From an uncultured Acidobacteriota bacterium (GTDB lineage Bacteria > Acidobacteriota > Vicinamibacteria > Vicinamibacterales > 2-12-FULL-66-21): a stretch of DNA of 64,000 nt. The DNA is taken from positions 33,795 to 97,794 of the forward strand of contig CAWGAS010000023.1 of the NCBI GenBank assembly GCA_963820645.1. Direction: 5' to 3'. Shown here piece by piece: positions 46,038 through 57,620 of the stretch. Under the pieces are notes generated by a model that saw only the letters and a program-made list of their open reading frames with translations, searched no databases and was not told the origin of the DNA. Made by a program: the position numbers and the translations under genes. Within the stretch, counting starts at the first letter, position 1; each line of letters begins with the position of its first letter.

Positions 46038-46115
46038 GGTTCCGGTTCTCGTTCGGTCCCATCTCGGCCGAACTCGAACGAACCAAGAACGAAGAACCAA
46101 GAACCAAGCGGTTCC
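46030..46115. repeat. word array / hairpin (GGTTC, then GAACC/AAGAACC); GGAACC family
   Basis: GGTTCTGGGGTTCCGGTTCTCGTTCGGTCC-CATCTCGGCC-GAACTCGAACGAACCAAGAACGAAGAACCAAGAACCAAGCGGTTCC. It lies between the receptor C-terminus (46037) and the convergent nadK stop (46115-46117). Confidence 0.7.
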
Positions 46116-46996
46116 TATCGTTCACTCCACTTCAGCTTCTGTCTCAGCACGTCGAAATACGTCCGCGTCGACGCACGTACGAGTCGCAGCGGCTTGTACG
46201 CGCGCCGGACGCTGATCACGTCGTCGGGTTGCAGGGCGTGACCCGACTGGCCGTCGAACGTCACGAAGACCTCGTCGTTGGACCCGTTGAACGCCGGCCG
46301 CACGCGGACCTCCGATGCGGCGGGGATGACGATCGGGCGGTTCGTGAGCATGTGCGGCGCGATCGGCGTCAGCAGCATCGCGTCCACTTCCGGATGCAGG
46401 ATCGGTCCGCCGGCCGCGAGGTTGTAGGCGGTCGATCCGGTCGGGCTCGCGATGATCAGGCCGTCGGCGCGAACGCGCATCACCGGCTGCTCGCCGATCG
46501 CGACGGAGAGGTCGATGATCCGCGACAGCGCGCCTTTCGTGATCACGACGTCGTTCAGCGCCAGGCGGTCGGCGTAGATGCCCCCGGCGCGCAGGGTGCG
46601 CGACTGCAGCATCATCCGCTCCTCGATCTCGGCGGTGCCGTCGAGCACCGACTCGAGCGAGGGATAGAGCTCGGGGAGCGTGATCTCGGTCAGAAACCCC
46701 AGGCTGCCGAAGTTGACGCCGACGATCGGGACGTCGGCGCCCGCCTGCGCGATGCGGTCGGCCATCCCGATGAGCGTGCCGTCGCCGCCGAGGACCACCA
46801 TCAGGTCGCACGCGTTGGGAAGATCGTCGCGGTGGACCGTCTCCCGCTCGGACGGCAGCCCGGCGAGCTTCGCGGTCTCGGTCTCGAACACCGGCTCGAT
46901 GTTGCGCGCCTCGAGCCATCCGGCGAGCTCCGCCAGGACGCCTGCCGCCGCATCGAGGCCGCTCTTGGCCACGAGACCTACGCGTGTGATCGGCAT
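46115..46996 (-). CDS. nadK: NAD kinase
   Basis: Intact 293-aa ORF: ...DLMVVLGGDGTLIGMADRI...VPIVGVNFGSLGFLTE...ALNDVVI...DGLIIASPTGSTAYNLAAGGPI. Confidence 0.9.
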   Translation of the reverse strand: MPITRVGLVAKSGLDAAAGVLAELAGWLEARNIEPVFETETAKLAGLPSERETVHRDDLPNACDLMVVLGGDGTLIGMADRIAQAGADVPIVGVNFGSLGFLTEITLPELYPSLESVLDGTAEIEERMMLQSRTLRAGGIYADRLALNDVVITKGALSRIIDLSVAIGEQPVMRVRADGLIIASPTGSTAYNLAAGGPILHPEVDAMLLTPIAPHMLTNRPIVIPAASEVRVRPAFNGSNDEVFVTFDGQSGHALQPDDVISVRRAYKPLRLVRASTRTYFDVLRQKLKWSER

Positions 46997-47007
46997 GGCT
47001 GGCGGCT

Positions 47008-47111
47008 GGTCTCCGGTCTCAGGTCTCTGGTCTCGAGCGTCTCGGGTCTCAGGTCTCCGGTCTCTGGTCTCCGGTGTCTCAGGTGGTCTCTCGTCGTCGG
47101 TGAGTCTCTGG
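47008..47111. repeat. array of about 12 GGTCTC words (GAGACC family)
   Basis: GGTCTCCGGTCTCAGGTCTCTGGTCTCGAGCGTCTCGGGTCTCAGGTCTCCGGTCTCTGGTCTCCGGTGTCTCAGGTGGTCTCTCGTCGTCGGTGAGTCTCTGG. Two inverse words (AGACCTGAGACC) occur at 47190-47203. On the minus strand it reads as a GAGACC array ending 11 nt before the nadK ATG. Confidence 0.75.
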
Positions 47112-47199
47112 CGTGGTACGCTAGGTCATCGGTCAGATCTCTGCTTGGCGTAGTGACGAAGGACTCAAGACGCGCGTCCAGGACGCGGCAAGACCTGAG

Positions 47200-47948
47200 A
47201 CCGACACGTAGCTGCCGCAGGTGCAGCAGGAATTCGCGGTTGCCTTCCATGCCGGCAATCGGCGACTCGGTCATCCCCACGCGCCCCAATCCTAGCGCAT
47301 CCGCCGCGGCCGCGATCTCTTCGACGACGCGCGCCTGGACCGCGGCGTCGCGGACGATCCCCCCTTTGCCCACTTCGTCCCGCCCCGCCTCGAACTGCGG
47401 TTTGACGAGCACGATCACGTCCGCGGCCGGCGCGCAGCAGGGGGGCACGTCGGGCAGGATGTGGCGCAGCGAGATGAACGACACGTCGATGGTGACGATG
47501 TCGAACGCGGCGAGCGCCGGCGGCAGATCGCCGGGCGTGAGCGTCCGGGCGTTGATGCGCTCGAGCACGACGACGCGCGGATCGCTGCGGATCTTCCAAT
47601 CGAGCTGGCCGTGGCCGACGTCGAGCGCCACGACGCGCGCCGCGCCGCGCTGCAGGAGCACGTCGGTGAACCCGCCGGTCGAGGCGCCGATGTCGAGCGC
47701 GAGGCGTCCCGTTGACGTCGACCGCGAACACGTCGAGCGCGTGCGCGAGCTTGAGGCCGCCGCGTCCGACGTACGGGTGATCCGGGGTCGCGACGGTGAT
47801 CTCGGCGTCCCGCGGGACCGCCGTGCCCGCCTTGGTGACGGCTGGCCGTTGACGCGCACGTCGCCGGCGAGGATCAGCGCGCGCGCCCGTTCGCGCGAGG
47901 CGGCGAGCCCGCGCTCCACGACCAGCGCATCGAGACGGATGCCGTTCT

Positions 47949-47952
<4 letters not shown>
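47200..47952 (-). CDS. tlyA: TlyA-family rRNA 2'-O-methyltransferase (hemolysin A-like), frameshifted; the frame stays open to 46978
   Basis: TTG start at 47952 overlaps the ispA stop. S4 domain KNGIRLDALVVERGLAASRERARALILAGDVRVNGQ. FtsJ domain LALDIGASTGGFTDVLLQRGAARVVALDVGHGQLDWKIRSDPRVVVLERINAR...DVSFISLRHILP...LVKPQFEAGRDEVGKGGIVRD...GMEGNREFLLHLR. A further 78 codons of repeat-derived sequence follow without a stop. Confidence 0.8.
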
Positions 47953-50662
<2,710 letters not shown>

Positions 50663-50668
50663 CGGCCG

Positions 50669-51495
50669 TCAGCGCGGAGGGACCGGCAACGCCGGCGAGC
50701 GCGTCGACGTCCTGCGGCGGACAGATTCAGGCGCTCGATCGCCGTCGCCTTGCCCGTGCGCCGGATCCGCCGTGACGATGACCGCGTTCAGCCGGCCCGG
50801 GCCGGTCGCCGCCTCGAACTTCGCCGGCATGCCCGTGACGAAACCGTGCGAGCGCCGTCTCGATCGTGACGCCGATGATCGAGTCGTGCGGCCCGGTCAT
50901 GCCGACGTCGGTCAGGTAGGCGGTGCCCTTCGGCAGGATCCGCTCGTCGGCGGTCTGCACGTGCGTGTGCGTGCCGAAGACCGCCGTGACGCGGCCGTCG
51001 AGGTGCCAGCCCATCGCGACCTTCTCCGACGTCGCTTCGGCGTGGAAGTCGACGATGATGACGCGCGCCTTGGCGCGCAGCGCGTCGATCTCTTCGAGCA
51101 CGACCGCGAACGGATCGTCGAGCGGCGGCATGAAGATCCGTCCCATGACGTTGATCACGCCGACGCGGCTCGCCGGTCCGCGTCTGCCCGACGTAGCTGC
51201 CGCGGCCCGGGACGCCGGCGGGGAAGTTCGCCGGGCGCAGCAGCTTCGGCTGCCGCGGGATGTAGTCGAGGACTTCCTTCTTGTCCCAGACGTGATTGCC
51301 GGTCGTCATCACGTCGACGCCGTAGCCGAGGATCGTGTCGGCGATGTCGCCGGTGACGCCGAAGCCGGCGGCGGAGTTCTCGACGTTGGCGATCACGAAG
51401 TCGACGTCGCGCTGCTCGACGAGCGCGGGGATGGCGCGCTGCGCGATCTCGCGTCCCGGCTTGCCGAAGATGTCGCCGATGAAGAGGATGCGCAC
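50669..51495 (-). CDS. YmdB-like metallophosphoesterase (TIGR00282 family), frameshifted
   Basis: GTG at 51495: [79 protein letters not shown] (in ORF 50788..51948). [16 protein letters not shown]...[64 protein letters not shown] (ORF 50727..51158). The 3' end is uncertain. Confidence 0.8.
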
Positions 51496-51496
51496 G

Positions 51497-51929
51497 TCAG
51501 TCGGCCCGCATCGCGAATCCGAAGCTCGCCGCCGCGCCGCTCCTCGATGCGCGGCAGGACGACGCGCAGCTCGCCGGCGTTGAGCGTGGCGTCGGCGCGT
51601 CCGGCGTCGAACGCGCCCGCGAGCCGCACGCCGCGCGCGAACCGGCCGAACGAGCGCTCGGCGAGGTGAAACGCGGCGCGCCGGGCCTCGCAGGTGGCAG
51701 GGCGTTTCTGCCCGACGATGACGAGCGTGTTGCGCACGAACAGGACTTTCACGGACTCCGGCGTGACCCCCGCGATGTCCATGATCACCAGGATGCCCTC
51801 GGCCGTTTCGACGACATCGAGCGGCGGCGTGCACTCCGCCCCGGCTGCCTCCCGTCCATCGTCCAGCCGATCGAACAAGCGGCGCAGGTCGTCGTCCATG
51901 TCGCGCCGTTCGAGAAAGATGCGAGCCAC
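51497..51929 (-). CDS. Hsp20/alpha-crystallin family small heat-shock protein; probable frameshift at the extreme C-terminus
   Basis: ORF 51393..51929: ...TPPLDVVETAEGILVIMDIAGVTPESVKVLFVRNTLVIVGQKR...ERSFGRFARGVRLAGAFDAGRADATLNAGELRVVLPRIEERR. A stop in the neighbouring frame (GAC TGA at 51497-51499) sits 1 nt before the ymdB-like GTG. Confidence 0.75.
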
Positions 51930-51938
51930 TGGCTTCGT

Positions 51939-51947
51939 ATTCTAGCA
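51939..51947 (-). promoter_or_regulatory. extended -10-like element TGCTAGAAT
   Basis: The minus strand reads TGCTAGAAT, then 9 nt (ACGAAGCCA), then the GTG at 51929. No SD-like sequence is present. Confidence 0.35.
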
Positions 51948-52074
51948 AGCTCGCACGGTCCCGGCGGCGAAGCTGCCGGCTGTCTCGAAAAACACCGGCC
52001 GCTGCGTGAACCCAAGAAAGAGGATCATTGAGGACTGATTCATTATATTAGTGTTTATACATCATGTTTAATGC

Positions 52075-52103
52075 TTGACATATACTAAGATAATTCGTAT
52101 ATT
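52075..52103 (+). promoter_or_regulatory. sigma-70-type promoter of the plus-strand hsp20
   Basis: TTGACA (52075-52080), a 17-nt spacer, then TATATT (52098-52103). It is embedded in a 90-bp stretch of 27% GC (52021-52110, counted directly). AGGAGG lies 8 nt before the ATG at 52158. Confidence 0.55.
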
Positions 52104-52157
52104 CATCAAACGGGCGATTTGAAAGGACCCGCGAGGTTTCTTCAGGAGGTAGGCAAA

Positions 52158-52592
52158 ATGGCTTTGGTTCGTTGGGAGAATCCGCTTCGGGAGCTGGCGA
52201 CGATGGAAGTGGACCGGCTCAACCATATGTTCTCGAATCTCTACGGCGAGGGCCTGTCACGGGCCTGGATGCCGCCGGTCGATATCTACGAGACCGCGCA
52301 GCACGAGGTCGTGATCAAGGCCGAGCTGCCGGACGTGAGGCGTGAAGACATCAGCGTGACGTTCGAAAACAACGTCCTGACGCTGAAAGGGGAGCGCCGC
52401 TTCGAGAGCGACGTGCCGCGCGAGCAGTTTCAGCGGTCCGAGCGCTTCTACGGCAGCTTCAGCCGCTCCTTCACGATTCCGGCGACAATCGACGCTGCGA
52501 AGATCGTCGCGGCCTACAAGGACGGCGTGTTGACGGTCCGGCTTCCGCAGCGCGAAGAGGCGAAACCGAAGCAGATCACGGTCAGCGAGTAA
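52158..52592 (+). CDS. Hsp20/alpha-crystallin family small heat-shock protein
   Basis: MALVRWENPLRELATMEVDRLNHMF...WMPPVDIYETAQHEVVIKAELPDVRREDISVTFENNVLTLKGERRFE...ERFYGSFSRSFTIPATIDAAKIVAAYKDGVLTVRLPQ. ATG at 52158 preferred over the TTG at 52119. Confidence 0.9.
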   Translation: MALVRWENPLRELATMEVDRLNHMFSNLYGEGLSRAWMPPVDIYETAQHEVVIKAELPDVRREDISVTFENNVLTLKGERRFESDVPREQFQRSERFYGSFSRSFTIPATIDAAKIVAAYKDGVLTVRLPQREEAKPKQITVSE

Positions 52593-52618
52593 CGCGCACG
52601 CCAGAGGCGCGGGCGGAG

Positions 52619-52645
52619 CGCATGGGCCGGCCCCTGGCCCATGCG
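52619..52645 (+). terminator. stem-loop after hsp20 (10-bp perfect stem, no T tract)
   Basis: CGCATGGGCC-GGCCCCT-GGCCCATGCG, 27 nt after the stop. Confidence 0.4.
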
Positions 52646-52758
52646 GCCCCCAAGGGTCGAGTCGAGGGCCCGTCCTGAGCGAGGCCCCCAGGCCGAGTCG
52701 AAGGGGCCTCCGTCACCACGCTATCTATCCTGCTGACTTTCAGGTACCCTTGAAGGTT

Positions 52759-53031
52759 ATGGCAGTGCACGATCCGAAGGACGAGACCCCCGCGACCCCC
52801 AGCGACGCGGGATTGGCCGAGCCGATTACCAGCCGGTTCCTGTTCGTTGACGTCGCGGCCCAGCGCGCGAAGCAGCTGCGCCGCGGCGCGTTGCCGCGCC
52901 TCGAGCGCGGGACTATCACGACGGGTCATCACAAGCTCGAGCGTGTCGCGATGGAGGAAGTCCGGACGGGCGTCATCCATTACACGCTACCGACCAACTA
53001 CGAGGGATCGCCGCGCGGCGGGAAAGAGTGA
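52759..53031 (+). CDS. rpoZ: DNA-directed RNA polymerase subunit omega
   Basis: ITSRFLFVDVAAQRAKQLRRGALPRLE...HKLERVAMEEVRTGVIHY matches the omega core pattern (NRFxLVxxAAxRAxQL ... AxxEI). Confidence 0.7.
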   Translation: MAVHDPKDETPATPSDAGLAEPITSRFLFVDVAAQRAKQLRRGALPRLERGTITTGHHKLERVAMEEVRTGVIHYTLPTNYEGSPRGGKE

Positions 53032-53306
53032 GCGATGCGCTGACGGCGATCGCCCCCGGCGCGCTCGGCGCGGCTCAGGGGCTGCTCGTCAGCACCGGCG
53101 CGCTCCTCGCGCTCTTCATCGGTTTCTGTCTGCTCTTCAATCTCCCCAAGCTGCGGGCGAGTGGCCGCCACTCGCGCGTCGTCCGCGGGCTCGACGAGCT
53201 CGTCGGCGTGCCGCAGATCTATCTCTCGCCGGACGCGCCGCACGGAACGGTCGATCAGCTGCACACCCCGGAACTTCTCGAAGCACAGCCGCGTAAGTTC
53301 GCTTAG
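53028..53306 (+). CDS. hypothetical small membrane protein
   Basis: ORF with one hydrophobic segment (LLVSTGALLALFIGFCLLF). GTGA overlap with the rpoZ stop. I recognise no family. Confidence 0.4.
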   Translation: MSDALTAIAPGALGAAQGLLVSTGALLALFIGFCLLFNLPKLRASGRHSRVVRGLDELVGVPQIYLSPDAPHGTVDQLHTPELLEAQPRKFA

Positions 53307-53341
53307 GTAAAGGCCTTTGTGGGGCCGGCGGGGAGCGAACA

Positions 53342-53680
53342 ATGATTGAGCTGGCTGCGCTGGCCCTTCTGGCCGTCGTCGCATGGGTTGTGTTGTCGCT
53401 CGCGCTGGCGCTCGTCAAAGTCGTGCTCTGGGTGCTCCTCCTCCCGCTCCGCCTCCTCTTCGGCTTGCTCCTGCTTCCATTCCTGTTGCTGAAGGTCGTC
53501 GGCATGGCGATCGGGGGCCTGGTGTTGCTGATTGCCGCGCCCATCCTCGCGATCGCGCTGGTGGCGGGGATCGTCGCGGTCGCGGTCGCCGTCGTGGCGC
53601 CGCTGCTCCCGCTCCTCTTCATCGCGTTCGTCGTGTGGTTCGTGCTCCGCGCGTCGAGCCCTCAGGCGATCGCCCGCTGA
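53342..53680 (+). CDS. hypothetical polytopic membrane protein
   Basis: A 112-aa ORF that is almost entirely hydrophobic (Leu/Val/Ala), with codon usage consistent with its neighbours. Confidence 0.5.
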   Translation: MIELAALALLAVVAWVVLSLALALVKVVLWVLLLPLRLLFGLLLLPFLLLKVVGMAIGGLVLLIAAPILAIALVAGIVAVAVAVVAPLLPLLFIAFVVWFVLRASSPQAIAR

Positions 53681-53707
53681 GCGTCTTTCGAGATCGTCGT
53701 TATCGAT

Positions 53708-53929
53708 TCAGCGCTTGCGGCCGCCCGCGATGACCAGCGCGACACCGGCGACAACCGCCACAATCCCCACGATCGGCGGAAGCGGCACCGTCTTCTGACG
53801 CTCGGCCGTTGCCTGAAGCGGCCCGAGGTCCAGAACTTTCTCGCGGGTCGTGTAGGTGAAGCCCTGATACACGAGGGCCCCGATTCCCAGGACGATCAGC
53901 ACGATGCCGAGAATGGCGACAGGTTTCAT
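53708..53929 (-). CDS. hypothetical small two-TM membrane protein
   Basis: MKPVAILGIVLIVLGIGALVYQGFTYTTREKVLDLGPLQATAERQKTVPLPPIVGIVAVVAGVALVIAGGRKR*. Met at 53929 within ORF 53708..54013. Confidence 0.55.
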   Translation of the reverse strand: MKPVAILGIVLIVLGIGALVYQGFTYTTREKVLDLGPLQATAERQKTVPLPPIVGIVAVVAGVALVIAGGRKR

Positions 53930-54067
53930 GTGATCCCTCCGGCTGTGGTTGACGGGAGTCCGGTGCTCATGCGCCAAGAATGCACGTGACCAGCCTCCGG
54001 CACGTGTGCACAAGTGAACAGTCCGAGATCCCGGTGGCGTCCGGCTTCAGCCGGACCAATCCCTGTC

Positions 54068-54887
54068 CTACCGCGCGGCAAAGACGGCGATCCCGCCCGC
54101 TTCGAGGAACCCGAGGCGCGCAGCCAGCGCTCTCGACGCCGAGTTGCTCTCGAGCGCGCCCCAGACCGGCGCGCGCCCCATTCCGCGCATGTGCCTGATC
54201 AGCGTTCGCGCCGCGCGCGCGCCGAGACCGCGGCGGCGGTACGGCGCGAGGGTGTCGATCGACACATCCCAGTGCGTTTCCGTCTGCCACACCGGATAGC
54301 AGAACGCCACGGGCCGTCCATCGGCCCAGACGGCCGCCATCGGCACCGTCACGCCGCCGACGAACCTGACGTGCACCGGGAGCTCACCCGGCACGAATCG
54401 CGCAACCGTCCGCCCCTTCAGCGCATCGTGCAGCTCGAGCCGCAGCGCCTCCGGCAGGTGACTGAAGCTCGGCGCGTTCTGCCGCGTGAACACGCGCGCC
54501 TGCGGATCGGCCTCCCGCTCCCACGGCATCAGACCCGGGAGCACGTGGAGGATCGCGGTGCGGCGCTGCCAGCCGTCCAGCGCGCGCGCGACGTAGTCGG
54601 CGTCCTCCATCTGCGCCAGCACGTTGACGTCGCCCGACAGCGAGGCGACGACCGCCGCGATGGCGGCGGCCGGCGGACGGCCGGCGATTGACGCGAGGGC
54701 GGCGTCGCGGACGACGACGATCGCGCCCGCGGCCGCCCCGTCGCGGCGGCGTCCGCGCCCGCCGGGGCGAAGACCTCTGCCCGGCCCGACAGCAGCATGC
54801 CGCGCGTATCGACCCACCGCGGCAGGTCCGGCGCGCGCGTCAGCGCGAAGCTGACGAGGGAGCCATCGACGGGCGTTCGCTCGACCA
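54068..54887 (-). CDS. GNAT-family N-acetyltransferase, frameshifted
   Basis: C-terminal acetyltransferase core [68 protein letters not shown] (ORF 54068..55153). N-terminus [33 protein letters not shown] lies in the frame of ORF 54529..56085. Confidence 0.75.
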
Positions 54888-56321
54888 TGATGTGACGCGC
54901 TCGAAGGCGTCCGCGACCCGCAGCACGTCCGCGTCCCCCAGCGCGCGGCCCGTGAACTGGAGGCCGACGGGCAGGCGTTCCGCGGTGAAGCCGCAGGGGA
55001 CCGTGATGGCCGGGAGTCCCGCCAGGTTGGCGCCGACCGTGAAGACATCCGACAGATACATCTGGACCGGATCCTCGATGCGCTCGCCCAGCGGAAAGGC
55101 CGCCGTCGGGCTGGTCGGCATCGCGACGACGTCCACCCCGGCGAGGGCCGCATCGTAGTCGCGGCGGATCAGCGTGCGCACCTGCTGCGCCTTCAGGTAG
55201 TAAGCATCGTAGTAGCCCGCGCTGAGCACGTACGTGCCGAGGATGATCCGCCGCTTGACTTCGCGGCCGAACCCGGCGCCCCGCGTCCGTTCGTACATCT
55301 CGGCGAGCGTCCGCGCGTCGGCGTCCCGGAACCCGTAGCGGACGCCGTCGTACCGCGCCAGGTTCGAGCTCGCTTCGGCGGTGGCGATGATGTAGTAGAC
55401 CGGGATGGCGTGGACGCTGTGAGGCAGCGCGACCTCGCTGATCTGCGCGCCGCGATCGCGCACCACGTCGAGCGCCGTCTCGAACGCGCTCAGCACGTCG
55501 CGATCGACGCCCTCTTTCAGGAGGCCCCACGGCACGCCGATTCGGACGCCGCGCAGATCGCCCCCGGCCTCGTGGAGCGTGCGGGCGTACGGCGGCGGCG
55601 GGACGCGGCAGGCCGTCGAATCGCGCGGATCGTGACCGGCGATCACGTCCATCGCGAGCGCCGCGTCGGCCGCCGATGTCGCGAAGGGGCCGATCTGATC
55701 GAGCGAGGAGGCGAACGCAATGAGGCCGTAGCGCGACACGCGCCCGTACGACGGCTTGAAACCGATGACGCCGCAGAGCGCGGCGGGCTGACGGATCGAT
55801 CCGCCGGTATCGGAGCCGAACGCCAGCGGCACCAGCCGGGCCGCGACCGCTGCCGCCGATCCGCCGCTGGATCCGCCGGGCGTTCGATCGAGCGCCCACG
55901 GGTTCCGGGTCGGCCCGAACGCGGAGTTCTCCGTCGAGGAGCCCATGGCGAACTCGTCGCAATTCGTTTTCCCGACGATGACGGCGCCGGCCGATTCGAG
56001 ACGGGCGACGACGGTCGCATCGTACGGCGGGATGTACCCGGCGAGAATCCGCGAGCTGGCCGTGGTGACGACCCCGCGGGTGCACATGTTGTCCTTGAGG
56101 GCGATCGGGACACCGAGGAGCGGGAGGCCGGCGCGATCGGAGCGGGCATCCAGCTCGGCCGCTCGCGCCAGCGCCCGATCGGCCGTCACCGTACGGAACG
56201 CGTTGAGCGCGCCATCAGCGGCCGCAATACGCTCGAGCGCCGCGCGGCAGACCTCGACCGCGGACGTCCGGCCCGACGCGACGGCCTGGCGCACGTCCGT
56301 CGCGGTGAACAGCGGCTCCAT
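54840..56321 (-). CDS. gatA: Asp/Glu-tRNA(Asn/Gln) amidotransferase subunit A
   Basis: Intact 493-aa ORF with the amidase signature [51 protein letters not shown]. Confidence 0.95.
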   Translation of the reverse strand: MEPLFTATDVRQAVASGRTSAVEVCRAALERIAAADGALNAFRTVTADRALARAAELDARSDRAGLPLLGVPIALKDNMCTRGVVTTASSRILAGYIPPYDATVVARLESAGAVIVGKTNCDEFAMGSSTENSAFGPTRNPWALDRTPGGSSGGSAAAVAARLVPLAFGSDTGGSIRQPAALCGVIGFKPSYGRVSRYGLIAFASSLDQIGPFATSAADAALAMDVIAGHDPRDSTACRVPPPPYARTLHEAGGDLRGVRIGVPWGLLKEGVDRDVLSAFETALDVVRDRGAQISEVALPHSVHAIPVYYIIATAEASSNLARYDGVRYGFRDADARTLAEMYERTRGAGFGREVKRRIILGTYVLSAGYYDAYYLKAQQVRTLIRRDYDAALAGVDVVAMPTSPTAAFPLGERIEDPVQMYLSDVFTVGANLAGLPAITVPCGFTAERLPVGLQFTGRALGDADVLRVADAFERVTSWSSERPSMAPSSASR

Positions 56322-56620
56322 CAGCCCATCACCCGTGGTACTTTGAACAGGCCGGCCTTGACGTCGGCATCGGGGGCCGCCGCGAGCGAGGCCTCGCGCG
56401 GAAGCGAGGGCACCACGACGTCGTCTCGCATCGACGCGCCGCTGCCCGGTGCGTGCGAGGTCGGCTCGATCCCGGCGGTGTCGACACGCTGGATCTGTTC
56501 GGCGTAGGCCAGAATCCCGGCGAGCTGCCGCGCGAAGAGATCCTTCTCGTGAGCATCGAGCTCGAGACGTGCCAGGCGCGCCACGCGCTCCACGTCCTCG
56601 CGTGAGAATCGATCGGACAT
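56321..56620 (-). CDS. gatC: Asp/Glu-tRNA(Asn/Gln) amidotransferase subunit C
   Basis: [56 protein letters not shown]... ATGA overlap with gatA. Confidence 0.9.
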   Translation of the reverse strand: MSDRFSREDVERVARLARLELDAHEKDLFARQLAGILAYAEQIQRVDTAGIEPTSHAPGSGASMRDDVVVPSLPREASLAAAPDADVKAGLFKVPRVMG

Positions 56621-56672
56621 TTGCGGGATGCTATCACCGACCGGCGACGGGATGTAGAGCCAGCATCACAAA

Positions 56673-56774
56673 GGACCAGAGACCGAAGACCGAAGACACG
56701 AAAGACCCGAGACCTGAGACCCAGTCGAGTCCCGAGCCCCGAGTCCCGAGTCCCGAGCCCCGAGTCCCGAGATC
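56673..56774. repeat. two-part word array: GA(A/G)GACC words, then seven CGAG(T/C)CC heptamers; GAGACC family
   Basis: GGACCAGAGACCGAAGACCGAAGACACGAAAGACCCGAGACCTGAGACCCAGT, then CGAGTCC CGAGCCC CGAGTCC CGAGTCC CGAGCCC CGAGTCC CGAGATC. It ends 3 nt before the amrB ATG and is the reverse complement of the words at 47008 and 49156. Confidence 0.75.
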
Positions 56775-56777
56775 ACC

Positions 56778-57620
56778 ATGATCAGACCCACAGCCGTGGC
56801 GGGCACCTGGTATCCGGCCAGCGCGGGGGCGCTGACCCTCGAGGTCGATGCGTACCTGAACGCCGCCGCCGAGGGGCCGGCCGGGCGCCTGCAGGCGATC
56901 GTGGCGCCCCACGCGGGGCTGATGTTCTCCGGGCCGGTCGGCGCGTACGCGTACAAAGCGGCGGCGGCCGGCGACTTCGACGTCGCCGTGCTGGTCGGCC
57001 CGTCGCACTTCGTCGGATTCGAGGGCGCGGCCGTGTGGCCCGGCGGCGCGTTCGCCTCCCCGCTCGGGCCGGCTGTCGTCGACGAGGCGGGCGCCCGGGC
57101 CCTGGCGGCCTCTCCGGTGGTCCACCCGTCAACGTCTGCGCACGCGCGTGAGCACTCGCTCGAAATGCAGCTGCCGTTCCTGCGGCGGGTGCTGCCGGAC
57201 GTGCCGATTGTCCCGGTGCTGATCGGGTTCCAGCGTCGCGCGACGATCGAGGCCCTGGCGGCCGCGCTCGTCCGCGCCTTCGCCGGCCGCCGCGCGCTGC
57301 TCGTCGCCAGCACGGATTTGTCGCACTACTTCGACGCCGCCACCGCCGCAACGCTCGACGCGCGCGTCCAGCGGTGCGTCGAGGCCTTCGATCCCGAAGC
57401 GCTGCTCGAGTTGTTCGAGCAGTACCCGGACGCCGAGCGTGGCCGCTACGTGGCCTGCGGCGGCGGCGCCGCGATCGCCGTCATGATGGCGGCGCGGGAT
57501 CTCGGCGCACGCCACGGCCGCGTCCTGAAGTACGCGCACTCCGGCGACGTCTCCGGCGACAACGACGGTGTGGTCGGCTACCTGGCCGCCGCGTTCGGAG
57601 CGTTCACCGATGCTCAGTGA
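56778..57620 (+). CDS. amrB: AmmeMemoRadiSam system protein B (Memo-like)
   Basis: Intact ORF: MIRPTAVAGTWYPASAGALTLEVDAYL...AIVAPHAGLMFSGPVGAYAYK...VLVGPSH...EHSLEMQLPFL...STDLSHY...ACGGGAAIAVM...YAHSGDVSGD. Confidence 0.85.
   Translation: MIRPTAVAGTWYPASAGALTLEVDAYLNAAAEGPAGRLQAIVAPHAGLMFSGPVGAYAYKAAAAGDFDVAVLVGPSHFVGFEGAAVWPGGAFASPLGPAVVDEAGARALAASPVVHPSTSAHAREHSLEMQLPFLRRVLPDVPIVPVLIGFQRRATIEALAAALVRAFAGRRALLVASTDLSHYFDAATAATLDARVQRCVEAFDPEALLELFEQYPDAERGRYVACGGGAAIAVMMAARDLGARHGRVLKYAHSGDVSGDNDGVVGYLAAAFGAFTDAQ

Noticed and set aside
52646-52730. GTCGAG/GGCCC-rich words after the hsp20 terminator (…GGGTCGAGTCGAGGGCCCGTCCTGAGCGAGGCCCCCAGGCCGAGTCGAAGGGGCC…), and a similar CGCTCAGGAC string at 7365-7378, as a dispersed REP-like element.
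   Set aside because: Only short, loosely similar fragments occur in this window, which is not enough to define a family. I note it only as something to look at genome-wide.
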